Below, one piece after another: positions 50,807-58,857 of a DNA stretch of 64,000 nt (its first letter is position 1; each line of letters begins with the position of its first letter). The position numbers were made by a program, and so were the translations under genes. A model generated the notes under the pieces. That model saw only the letters and a program-made list of their open reading frames with translations, was not told the origin of the DNA and did not search any database. This DNA is from a virus. The stretch is from the IMG/VR virus record IMGVR_UViG_3300032268_000887, positions 38,687-102,686 of that record; one strand, written 5' to 3'.

Positions 50807-51370
50807 TTACAGTTTTTCAATCCAAACCTGATAACCTTTTTGTAAAATTTTAATCTTAAGTTCGTTGTTTTTTAAAAATTTATCAATACCATTTAAAGGT
50901 TTTAAGTCAACATTTCGACTTGGGTGCTCCCATCCGTAATCATCAAAGGCAAGGATTCCTCCTGATTTTAAAAGCGGGAATGCTAAAATTGCATCATTAT
51001 AAACACCTTCTGCCGAATGATCTCCATCTATATATATAAAGTCAAACTTTGCATCAGAAGAAGATAGGTATTCTTTGCTATCTTTTTTGATCTTTATAGA
51101 ATTAGGGAACTGGCTCATTTTTTCATCATACATTGATTCAATTTCATCCCAGTCAAATTCTGTGTGAATTTTTTCTTTTGAGCCTTTCCAAGTATCTATG
51201 TCTGTAAGGCTTGATGCTTTGTCTGTTAATATATTTTTTAGCAGCCACTCAGAGCCATGGCCAAGGTATACCCCAATTTGTAAAAAGTTAACATCTGGAA
51301 GATCTTTATACTTGTTTAAAAATTTTTCAAATGTTGGAATGTTGCTAGAAAACCAATTTGGGTACTTCAT
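50807..51370 (-). CDS. Class I SAM-dependent methyltransferase (Methyltransf_24-like)
   Basis: LQIGVYLG, DIDTW, FDFIYIDGDH, LKSGGILAFDDY. Confidence 0.88.
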   Translation of the reverse strand: MKYPNWFSSNIPTFEKFLNKYKDLPDVNFLQIGVYLGHGSEWLLKNILTDKASSLTDIDTWKGSKEKIHTEFDWDEIESMYDEKMSQFPNSIKIKKDSKEYLSSSDAKFDFIYIDGDHSAEGVYNDAILAFPLLKSGGILAFDDYGWEHPSRNVDLKPLNGIDKFLKNNELKIKILQKGYQVWIEKL

Positions 51371-52094
51371 GATTCCTCCAATATTCTAAGGTCTGTTCTT
51401 TTGATGTTGTGTGAATAGAAAATTTACCAGTCTCTTCTGCTGTTTTATCAAATTCTAAATTAATTGAAGACCCATAATCCATTGTGTAAGTAAAAAGTGG
51501 AATAGATAAGGTTTTACAACCATCATATATCAGAATATCTGCTAATGCTGCTCGTGAAGTTGGCAAGACATATTTTCCATCAACAAAGTATTGTTTTAAT
51601 AGAGTCTCCGCCCTGCTTCTTTTAATTAAATAACATGCTGCAGACCAATCTCTTTTTTCTTTCATATGTAAGGATGGATTGACTCTATAGTTATGAATAA
51701 TGCAAAGTTGTAACATGTCATATGGTTTTTTTATTGATTCTACGAAATTAGAAAATTCAAAATTCCAAAAGTCTACAGTTTCTAGACTTAAATCGTCTTC
51801 AGTAATAATTGCATATTCAGAATCTGAAGTTTCTAGCCAATGTTTAATTGTTTCAAGATGCGAGATAGTTGCTCCTAATTCATTTTTTGCTAATTGAAGT
51901 TTATCTTTTTCAAAAACAATTTTATCAAAATCAAAAGTGTCACCATCATAGGCTGGAATAATTTTATAATCTTTTATTTCATACTTTTCAAAATGATTTT
52001 TTATATAGTCTAGCCTGTCTGACTTAGACTCAAGATTAATTACGTATATTGGGGACAACCCCTTTAATTTATTTAAACCAGTATGTTCCAGCAT
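51345..52094 (-). CDS. Glycosyltransferase family 25
   Basis: YVINL..DRL, AYDG, ELGATISH, IITEDD. Confidence 0.85.
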   Translation of the reverse strand: MLEHTGLNKLKGLSPIYVINLESKSDRLDYIKNHFEKYEIKDYKIIPAYDGDTFDFDKIVFEKDKLQLAKNELGATISHLETIKHWLETSDSEYAIITEDDLSLETVDFWNFEFSNFVESIKKPYDMLQLCIIHNYRVNPSLHMKEKRDWSAACYLIKRSRAETLLKQYFVDGKYVLPTSRAALADILIYDGCKTLSIPLFTYTMDYGSSINLEFDKTAEETGKFSIHTTSKEQTLEYWRNHEVPKLVF

Positions 52095-52782
52095 GGGACA
52101 CCCTCACATATGGCGCAAGATAAATTTTTCCACCACTTTCTTTCCATAGTTTGCAAAATTGATAATCTTCAGATAACAATCTTTCGCTTTCGTCATCAAT
52201 TGTTGTTTGCCAAAAATCATATATTGGGTCCCCAAAAACAATGCTACCAATCTGTGGCTGATCACACCTATATTGTTTGATATCTTTTTTAATTGTTTCA
52301 AGAACATTCCTGGATATTAACATTAAGCCAGTGCCCATGTAATCAACTTCTGCTATGGTATTTGGATTTTCTTTTAACATTTTTCTTTGTTCTTTATTCA
52401 TATTAACATTAAATATTGCAGTGTGCTCATCTAAATTTTCTTTACCATCTAAAACGGCCTTTTTTACTCTTGCCCAATTAATAGCCTTCATTGGTACTGC
52501 TGCGCCAATCAGGTCTACATTTTCATTTATCATTCTTACAACAGCCTGTGCGTCAAAACCTTGATCTGCATCTATAAATAAAAGATAGTCACTCATACTT
52601 CTTAAAAACATTTCTGTCAAAGTATTTCTTGCTCTGGTAATTAAAGACTCATTAGAAAGATCAATAAAATTAAGTTGATGTCCTGCATTAGAAACTGCTT
52701 GGGCCAACTGTAAAACACTTTTCATAAAAGCGCCACTACACATACCGCCATACATTGGCGTTGCCAAAGTAATATGAGCCAT
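52069..52782 (-). CDS. GT-A fold glycosyltransferase-like protein
   Basis: ATPMYGG, NESLITRARN, LFIDAD (DxD), GTGLMLI, LSEDYQFC, H.G. Confidence 0.8.
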   Translation of the reverse strand: MAHITLATPMYGGMCSGAFMKSVLQLAQAVSNAGHQLNFIDLSNESLITRARNTLTEMFLRSMSDYLLFIDADQGFDAQAVVRMINENVDLIGAAVPMKAINWARVKKAVLDGKENLDEHTAIFNVNMNKEQRKMLKENPNTIAEVDYMGTGLMLISRNVLETIKKDIKQYRCDQPQIGSIVFGDPIYDFWQTTIDDESERLLSEDYQFCKLWKESGGKIYLAPYVRVSHAGTYWFK

Positions 52783-52793
52783 TGTTCTCCTAT

Positions 52794-52994
52794 CTATAAA
52801 ATGTAGTTACTATACCCGATTACTTGTAGTGGAATTGGAGGTGGGTTTCCTGGACCAAACCCTTCAACACCAATACTTGTAAAGCGAACTCTAAAAGGTA
52901 ATACTTCATTTATTAAAATAATTCTTGGATAATCTGCTAAATTGATTTTTTTTGCTTTTACAGATGTTTTGCTTTTTAATACTGCAGTGGACAT
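52794..52994 (-). CDS. Hypothetical protein
   Basis: 66 aa, coupled to the 52994 gene. Confidence 0.6.
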   Translation of the reverse strand: MSTAVLKSKTSVKAKKINLADYPRIILINEVLPFRVRFTSIGVEGFGPGNPPPIPLQVIGYSNYIL

Positions 52995-53404
52995 TAGTCT
53001 GTGACATCCTCAAGGACAACCAAACTTCCTTGAGCGACAGTCCAAACTTGAGCATTTCCTGCAGAGGACAGTTGTATGTCAAAAATATCTCCGGTTATCA
53101 AAGATACTGATTCTGCTGCTGTTAAAGAAACAGTAAACTCTCCTGGCAAATCATCTGCGTCACGAATTGGTGTTAATGCCATAATTGTTACAGCGTCATC
53201 TGTAATTTTTCCTAAATTTGCAGCAAGATTTGGACGTTTAATTTTCATTGCAATTGTCCAGTCTGCAATAGTCAAGGGACTCTTTGCATCATCGGTTACA
53301 TAAACTTTAAATGCTGAGGTATCCCCTTTTACAAAAGTCCAAACCACTGTTGGTGGTTTTTCTCCAACATCATATTCTTTATTTCTGCTTCTTGTTGTTG
53401 CCAT
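52994..53404 (-). CDS. BppU-N-like beta-sandwich virion protein
   Basis: FVKGDT..FDIQL..TVAQG; paralog of 58376 and 59683; leaderless -10 at 53411-53416. Confidence 0.55.
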   Translation of the reverse strand: MATTRSRNKEYDVGEKPPTVVWTFVKGDTSAFKVYVTDDAKSPLTIADWTIAMKIKRPNLAANLGKITDDAVTIMALTPIRDADDLPGEFTVSLTAAESVSLITGDIFDIQLSSAGNAQVWTVAQGSLVVLEDVTD

Positions 53405-53420
53405 GATTTAATTATAACAC

Positions 53421-53951
53421 TTAAAGTCCGTTTTTAACAGCACCCCAAGTGGCATTTCCTCCTTTGATAGGCGAAACTAATATTTTTCCATCTGTTGCAT
53501 GTGAATATGAAACAACCCCGACAACTCCAGAACCATCTGTTGGGCGAGTATCGGTTAGTCCACCAGAAGCGCCAATATAAAGTTTGTCTCCTTCAGAATA
53601 TGTGGAGGTATTGATATTTTCTAAAACTCCAATTGTTACTACAACTCCTTCTTGCCCATCTAAAATTTGAGCCTTTGTCAAACCAACACATGGGAATGTA
53701 TTAATATCATCAGACTCACATTTTTCAACAGTTGCCTTACCACTAGAGTATCCAGTTATATATACGGGAGTTCCTTTTATTAATGTTGCCCCGCTTATAT
53801 TTTTTACATCAAGAGATAAATAAGGGACCTGTAGGGCAGTAAGTAAGTCATTTACCCTTTCTGCCAATCCCTGCATATCAGAATGAACGTTTACTGGATC
53901 ATCTGACAGCGGATATGGTATTAATTGCGGAGTTGTTGAACCTGATGCCAT
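53421..53951 (-). CDS. Putative virion decoration protein
   Basis: PYP..D..LAERVN N-terminus; VKNISGATLIKGTPVYI..GDKLYI domain. Confidence 0.5.
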   Translation of the reverse strand: MASGSTTPQLIPYPLSDDPVNVHSDMQGLAERVNDLLTALQVPYLSLDVKNISGATLIKGTPVYITGYSSGKATVEKCESDDINTFPCVGLTKAQILDGQEGVVVTIGVLENINTSTYSEGDKLYIGASGGLTDTRPTDGSGVVGVVSYSHATDGKILVSPIKGGNATWGAVKNGL

Positions 53952-53984
53952 AATTTTATATTATACCACTAAAAGCATTGGGGG

Positions 53985-54014
53985 TTGACAAAAACAGTTT
54001 GAGGTTGCTATAAT
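53985..54014 (+). promoter_or_regulatory. Consensus sigma70/SigA promoter
   Basis: TTGACA (53985-53990), 18 nt, TATAAT (54009-54014) with TG extension; divergent TGGTATAAT at 53960-53968. Confidence 0.85.
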
Positions 54015-54060
54015 TAAGTTATTGACACCGAAAGGTGTTATTTTACTTATAGGAGGATCT

Positions 54061-54588
54061 ATGAATAAAGAAGATTTTATTACTGGGATTGCCGGAAGTT
54101 TTATTGCTGCTGTGGTTGGTTTAACTGGGGCTAATGCAGATCTAAAAGAAATTGTGCCTGTAGAAACGGCAAATGAAAAGGCTGAGTCAGGAACTCCCTC
54201 CGCAATAAAAACAAAATATGCCAACGTTACGACCTTGTCAGATAAAGAATTAAAGAGTTTGTTAAAGGCGGTTGGCTTTGAAGGACAAGGTTTAAAAATG
54301 GCATGGGCGGTTGCTAAAAAAGAAAGCAATGGCAGACCTTTAGCCTTTAATGGCAACAAAGACACTGGGGACCATTCATTTGGAATATTTCAAATTAATA
54401 TGAATGGAGAGTTAATGGAAAGTAGATTAGAGAAATTTGACCTTAATTCTGTTTCTGATCTTTTTAATCCAGTAACTAATGCGGAGATTGCATTTTATAT
54501 GACAAAAGGTGGAAAAGATTGGTCATCATGGACCTATCTTGATGGGGAAAGAATTAAGCAGTTTTTGGCTAAATATCCAACGGTTTAA
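54061..54588 (+). CDS. Lysozyme-like/lytic transglycosylase with N-terminal hydrophobic anchor
   Basis: AVAKKESNG (catalytic E), SFGIFQIN, LFNPVTNAEIA, WSSW; AGGAGG before ATG 54061. Confidence 0.85.
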   Translation: MNKEDFITGIAGSFIAAVVGLTGANADLKEIVPVETANEKAESGTPSAIKTKYANVTTLSDKELKSLLKAVGFEGQGLKMAWAVAKKESNGRPLAFNGNKDTGDHSFGIFQINMNGELMESRLEKFDLNSVSDLFNPVTNAEIAFYMTKGGKDWSSWTYLDGERIKQFLAKYPTV

Positions 54589-55197
54589 CTAAAAATAGCC
54601 GACTAAGCAATATTTTTTTCCAGAAACAACTTCTTCTTCTTTGTGTTGATATTGATTGCTAGATGGAAAAATTAAAACATCTCCCTGCTCTATGCGAAGT
54701 GGCTCATTGCCAAGCCTATCTTTAAAATAAAACTCTCCACCAACATAATCATTGTTAAGGCCAATAATTATTGTATATTTATTTTTAGATCCATCTCTAT
54801 CGATGTTGTTGTGAAAAACATTTGACTCTTTTTGTAAGCATATAGTCCAATCTTTTACTCCCTTAATTTTTAATTCCAAACTATCAACATAATCTTTTAT
54901 AAAATTAAAAGCATAAAAAGTAATTAAACTTTTTAGTTTGCATGTTTCGTAATAGCGTTTTGTTTCTTCTGGATTGTTGTTATTTATAATTTTTTCTAAA
55001 TTATATGTACCAGATTTTAAATAGAAAACTTGTTTGTCTAAAGTAAAATCAGTATCTCTTATATTTGACTTTGAAGAAATCTCCCAAACATTTCCATCTA
55101 TTGCTGCGCTTTCAATACTCTCTAAATTTAATAAAAAATTTGGAACATTATTGTTTTTATATAAAAATATATCGCTATCTAATTGTTTTTTTATCAT
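54589..55197 (-). CDS. Prolyl-4-hydroxylase-like 2OG-Fe(II) protein
   Basis: FHNNID..LNNDYVGGEFYF..GDVLIFPS..YQH..VVSGKKY. Confidence 0.75.
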   Translation of the reverse strand: MIKKQLDSDIFLYKNNNVPNFLLNLESIESAAIDGNVWEISSKSNIRDTDFTLDKQVFYLKSGTYNLEKIINNNNPEETKRYYETCKLKSLITFYAFNFIKDYVDSLELKIKGVKDWTICLQKESNVFHNNIDRDGSKNKYTIIIGLNNDYVGGEFYFKDRLGNEPLRIEQGDVLIFPSSNQYQHKEEEVVSGKKYCLVGYF

Positions 55198-55198
55198 T

Positions 55199-55828
55199 TT
55201 ATATATTGTTTCCTAACAAGATCATATTTTCTGTTACATAGAAATTTCCATTAGATAAAGACATAGAAAATAATGGCATTTTGTTTGTTGCTAATAAAGC
55301 GGACTTTATTTGTTTGTCAAAAACAAAAAAGTTTTTAGTGTCTGTTTTAATATCTTTTTCTAAAGATATAAAATATTCAGGTTCTGGTTCAATATTAATA
55401 TTTAATTTATTAATATTTAATCTTGAAATCGTTTTTATTTTAACTATATTTTCATCTTTAATTTTACTGTCGTCTTTTCCCTTAGCAACAACATTGACAG
55501 TTAAGAATAACTGACTTTCGTGTACAAGACTAACATTATTATTTGCGTCAATAAGTGGGATAATTCTAGACTTATGTTGGCTATGGTGCCTGATGTCTGT
55601 AATGTGGGATGATGATATTTGCAACTGTTCTGGATTAATTTTTATTGTATTGTTATTAAAATATTTAAAATATGTATCTGCAGAACTATCTAGATCTTCT
55701 CCCAATAAATTAATAGATAAAATTTCATCACCAAACTTTAAATTTTCAATTTCAACTAATTCTCTATTTTTTAAATAAATTTTTGTTCCTATTGGAATAA
55801 ACCCGAACGCTTCATCATTTATTGACAT
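55199..55828 (-). CDS. Stand-alone degenerate Hint-like protein
   Basis: FIPIGTKIYL..EIENLKFGDEILSI matches Hint block A without Cys1; ends FYVTENMILLGNNI rather than FVAG.YLVHNK. Confidence 0.65.
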   Translation of the reverse strand: MSINDEAFGFIPIGTKIYLKNRELVEIENLKFGDEILSINLLGEDLDSSADTYFKYFNNNTIKINPEQLQISSSHITDIRHHSQHKSRIIPLIDANNNVSLVHESQLFLTVNVVAKGKDDSKIKDENIVKIKTISRLNINKLNINIEPEPEYFISLEKDIKTDTKNFFVFDKQIKSALLATNKMPLFSMSLSNGNFYVTENMILLGNNI

Positions 55829-55838
55829 ATAAAATTTT

Positions 55839-56696
55839 CTACTTATTATGTACTAGATAGTTTCCGGCAACAAACCAGTCTTGTGGTTCGCAACCAAACT
55901 GATAAACTGTTGCATCCTCTGTTAAATAATCAATATTTAAAATTTCTGTTTCTAGCAATTGTCCATCTGGATCAATAGAAATTAAAAAGTCTCCAACTTC
56001 TATGGCACCAGAAGGAATTATTTCATAATAAGTATTTCTTTTAATAAAAAATGGCTGAGATGTAGAAAATAGTGCAGAATTATCTTGATTAAAAAACAGC
56101 AAACTATTTTTTACTGATGGAAGAATGTCTACTATTGTGGTAAGAGTTTTTTCTTGTACCGTTAATGTTGATGATATAAAACCAACATAGTCAAAATCTG
56201 ATCCACCATCTATTCCGGCATTTGGAATTTCGTCAAAAGAGACAGAAACAATTTCATCCCCAACCTGTAAATCTTTTGCCTTTATTTTTCCACTTGAAGT
56301 ATCAATTAATGTATCTTCGTGAACGCAAGACGGTGGAGAAAATGTAAATGGCCCTGGAGTAAAACCAAATGGGGTAAATCCAAATGGGGTAAAACCAAAT
56401 GGGGTAAAACCAAATGCTCCAAACGGAGTAAAACCAAATGCTCCAAACGGAGTAAAACTAAAAGTATAATTTACTAGGTTAACATTTGTTCCAATAGCCT
56501 GAACTTCTCCTGCTGCAATACTTTGAGTTTTAATTGTATTGTTTTGCCCAGCATCTGTTGTATTTTCATTTGTTGTATTATAAACAAAGCCAGCATTGGT
56601 TAAATTTGTCTCTGCAGTAGTTTTTGCAACCCCAACTACGTTTGGGACTGAGTTTTTACGTGATCCCTTATTTCCACGGCCAATATTTTTTGCCAT
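55839..56696 (-). CDS. PASTA + Phe/Gly/Thr/Pro repeat + C-terminal Hint domain protein
   Basis: VPNVVG..A...L.NAGF..IKTQS..AG..GTNVNL (PASTA); repeat; Hint from CVHEDTLI (C1 at 56325-56327) to GNYLVHNK*; start at TAATG overlap 56696. Confidence 0.85.
   Translation of the reverse strand: MAKNIGRGNKGSRKNSVPNVVGVAKTTAETNLTNAGFVYNTTNENTTDAGQNNTIKTQSIAAGEVQAIGTNVNLVNYTFSFTPFGAFGFTPFGAFGFTPFGFTPFGFTPFGFTPGPFTFSPPSCVHEDTLIDTSSGKIKAKDLQVGDEIVSVSFDEIPNAGIDGGSDFDYVGFISSTLTVQEKTLTTIVDILPSVKNSLLFFNQDNSALFSTSQPFFIKRNTYYEIIPSGAIEVGDFLISIDPDGQLLETEILNIDYLTEDATVYQFGCEPQDWFVAGNYLVHNK
56340..56462 (-). repeat. Coding repeat FSFTP-(FGAFGFTP)2-(FGFTP)3-GPFTF
   Basis: Read from translation; near-exact 24-nt and 15-nt DNA units. 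Confidence 0.95.
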
Positions 56697-57316
56697 TATG
56701 CAACCAAATCTCCCATAGCAACCCAAGTGTTTGCTGCACGTTTTACAATCGTTGCGCTAGACCATTGTGTTCTAATTTTTAATCCAGGGGTGGCATTTAC
56801 TGTTACCCCACCTGCACCAGCAATTGTAACTTGAGATGAAGATGTTTGCAAAATATCAATAGCGGTGCCAACTGGGAAATTAAATGTGGCGTCTGCGGGA
56901 ATTGTTAAGGTTCCGCCAGCAGACATTTCTATCATCTTAAAAGAATCTGATTCCACAATAGTGTAAGAAGATGCTTGTGGATTAAAAGTGTATAGAGGGT
57001 CTACTATTGATAGCCAGGCTGTTCCATCATAAACTTGTAAGTCATTTATAACATTTCCGTTAGCATCTTGTTTTAAAAATACAACAGTTCCATAAATTGG
57101 TGTAGCAATTGCTGCAATTCTTGCTGCTGGGTTTAAAAAGATATTAACATTTTTTGCAACTACGGTAGAGTTTAAAGATACAGTAGAGTCAAATGTTTGT
57201 GCTGCAGTCCAAGTATATGCTGATGCTGTGTTTACTTTTCCCGCAAGTTCATACCACTGATCAGTAGCCTCATCATAAACATATCCTGGTCTTGGCGTTG
57301 AATTAAATGTTGGCAC
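56696..57316 (-). CDS. Short fibre protein
   Basis: C-terminal FPVGTAIDILQT..TPGLKIRTQWSSATIVKR..WVAMGDL domain, paralogous to 46811 C-terminus. Confidence 0.75.
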   Translation of the reverse strand: MPTFNSTPRPGYVYDEATDQWYELAGKVNTASAYTWTAAQTFDSTVSLNSTVVAKNVNIFLNPAARIAAIATPIYGTVVFLKQDANGNVINDLQVYDGTAWLSIVDPLYTFNPQASSYTIVESDSFKMIEMSAGGTLTIPADATFNFPVGTAIDILQTSSSQVTIAGAGGVTVNATPGLKIRTQWSSATIVKRAANTWVAMGDLVA

Positions 57317-57759
57317 TAGATCACCTGAATAAAAGCGGTAGTGTTAGAGTCGTAAACATACATTTCTAATGGAGATGTTCCTTTTTTAACCCATAGTAAA
57401 CCATCAACAAGGCCAGATGCTGGCGTTGTGTTTTGATAAACAGAAGTTGCCGATATAGGACTTCCTGTTACAGATGTTGAAGTGTCTACCCATAAAAATC
57501 CATCTACTGGGGAAGATGGTTCTGTGTTTTGAACATCTGCTGCAGCAGCAGGGGTATTTAAATTATCTATAATTTGTTCTTGCAAATCATTTAGCGTATA
57601 GGCTAACGATGGATTTATTAAAGCAGAGGTGTTTGCATTGTTAATATCATAAGTTGTTGATCCATAATGATATAGCCTTAGTGCTGCTTGTATGTCAGCA
57701 GCATCTTCGTACCCAGGAATTTTACTTGGGTATAAATTTCCAATATTTTCAGAAGCCAT
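57316..57759 (-). CDS. Putative virion protein
   Basis: IPGYEDAADIQAALRLYHYG; two P...DG.LWV repeats. Confidence 0.6.
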   Translation of the reverse strand: MASENIGNLYPSKIPGYEDAADIQAALRLYHYGSTTYDINNANTSALINPSLAYTLNDLQEQIIDNLNTPAAAADVQNTEPSSPVDGFLWVDTSTSVTGSPISATSVYQNTTPASGLVDGLLWVKKGTSPLEMYVYDSNTTAFIQVI

Positions 57760-57782
57760 AGTTCACCGCCATCATTATTATA

Positions 57783-58376
57783 TCACGATTCCTCTGAAAT
57801 TGGCTCTAAAATAACTGTAATTAAAGTGTGTACCGTAACTGGGGCTGATAGGTTTTGCCAAGTTCCAGAACTTAGTTCGGCTGCTTTAAGAGTTATTACT
57901 AAATTTTCATTACTAGGGCCAGTTATTGCAACAGAAGATATTGATGCTGCAACTGCATTAGAATGTCCTATTGAAAACTTAACTGAAAAATTTTCTTCAG
58001 TTAAAGATGCTCCCGATATTTGAACAATATTTGCAATTGGAATTGTTATGTTTGCGCTGCCGGATGTCCAGTTAGAGACAAGATGATTTGCTGAATAAAT
58101 AGTTGGGTTAATTTTTAAAATTGGAATCCAAGTTTGTTCCCCTAAACTAGAAACGTATTGATATAAGTAGGAATATTCATCTGTTGGAGCATTATTGATA
58201 TATAAATCGTTTAATACTGGATCTTGTCCAATTTCAATTTCATTTGGATTGCCAGTTCCTACAAACACTTGACTACCACGGTCCCCAGTTGCTCCAATAT
58301 CTAATTGAACACTAACTTGTGCTGGTGGGCCTAAAACTGTAATGTCATCGGTATTAACTAAAACCTCTACCGACAT
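57783..58376 (-). CDS. Putative virion/baseplate-associated protein
   Basis: GATGDRGS..G.GNP..DLYIN motif. Confidence 0.5.
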   Translation of the reverse strand: MSVEVLVNTDDITVLGPPAQVSVQLDIGATGDRGSQVFVGTGNPNEIEIGQDPVLNDLYINNAPTDEYSYLYQYVSSLGEQTWIPILKINPTIYSANHLVSNWTSGSANITIPIANIVQISGASLTEENFSVKFSIGHSNAVAASISSVAITGPSNENLVITLKAAELSSGTWQNLSAPVTVHTLITVILEPISEES

Positions 58377-58738
58377 TAGATTGCTCCAGTTACGTCATCT
58401 GTTATTGTAATAGTTCCAGTAACTAATGTAATAATATTTGTAGAACTAGAGTTAATTTGAACATCATAAACATATGTTCCTGCTGCCAAAGATCTACCAA
58501 CTGCTGGAAGAATTGTGCAAGTTATGGTATCGTTTGTTGTATTGATTATTGCTTGTGCAGAAGTTTTTGTTCCCGCAACTCCTCGTGCAGTAGCAATTGT
58601 ATAAATTGCGCTGTTTACTCCTCCTGGAGCGTAACTGTCTAACTGAAAAACTGTACCATCGGAATTTTTGGGAGAAAGAACGAATTGATGAGTATCACCA
58701 CGATAGTAATTAAAGTTATATGTTCCTGGAAATGCCAT
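58376..58738 (-). CDS. BppU-N-like beta-sandwich virion protein
   Basis: YYRGDT..LAAGTYVYDVQI..TLVTGTITI; AAGGAG RBS. Confidence 0.6.
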   Translation of the reverse strand: MAFPGTYNFNYYRGDTHQFVLSPKNSDGTVFQLDSYAPGGVNSAIYTIATARGVAGTKTSAQAIINTTNDTITCTILPAVGRSLAAGTYVYDVQINSSSTNIITLVTGTITITDDVTGAI

Positions 58739-58761
58739 TTTTTGTCTCCTTGTGCTTTAGA

Positions 58762-58832
58762 CTTTGAGTGAAGGAATCGAACCTTCATTATCAGGTTCGG
58801 AACCTGGAGTCCGACCATTAGACGAACTCAAA
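58762..58832 (-). tRNA. tRNA, anticodon CCG (nominally Arg; atypical body)
   Basis: Cloverleaf TTTGAGT/ACTCAAA, D GTCT/GGAC, anticodon arm CCAGG-TTCCGAA-CCTGA, T arm GAAGG-TTCGATT-CCTTC, G73, no encoded CCA; TGGTATAAT at 58849-58857. Confidence 0.9.
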
Positions 58833-58857
58833 TTTTTAAAGCGTTATCATTATACCA

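Noticed and set aside
46035-56462. 15/24-nt tandem repeats as CRISPR or non-coding arrays
   Set aside because: They are in frame, have no spacers and vary at synonymous positions
45534-56696. Hint domains as classical mobile inteins
   Set aside because: They are C-terminal, have no homing endonuclease and no Cys/Ser/Thr+1; dnaE, dnaB, recA and nrdJ look intein-free
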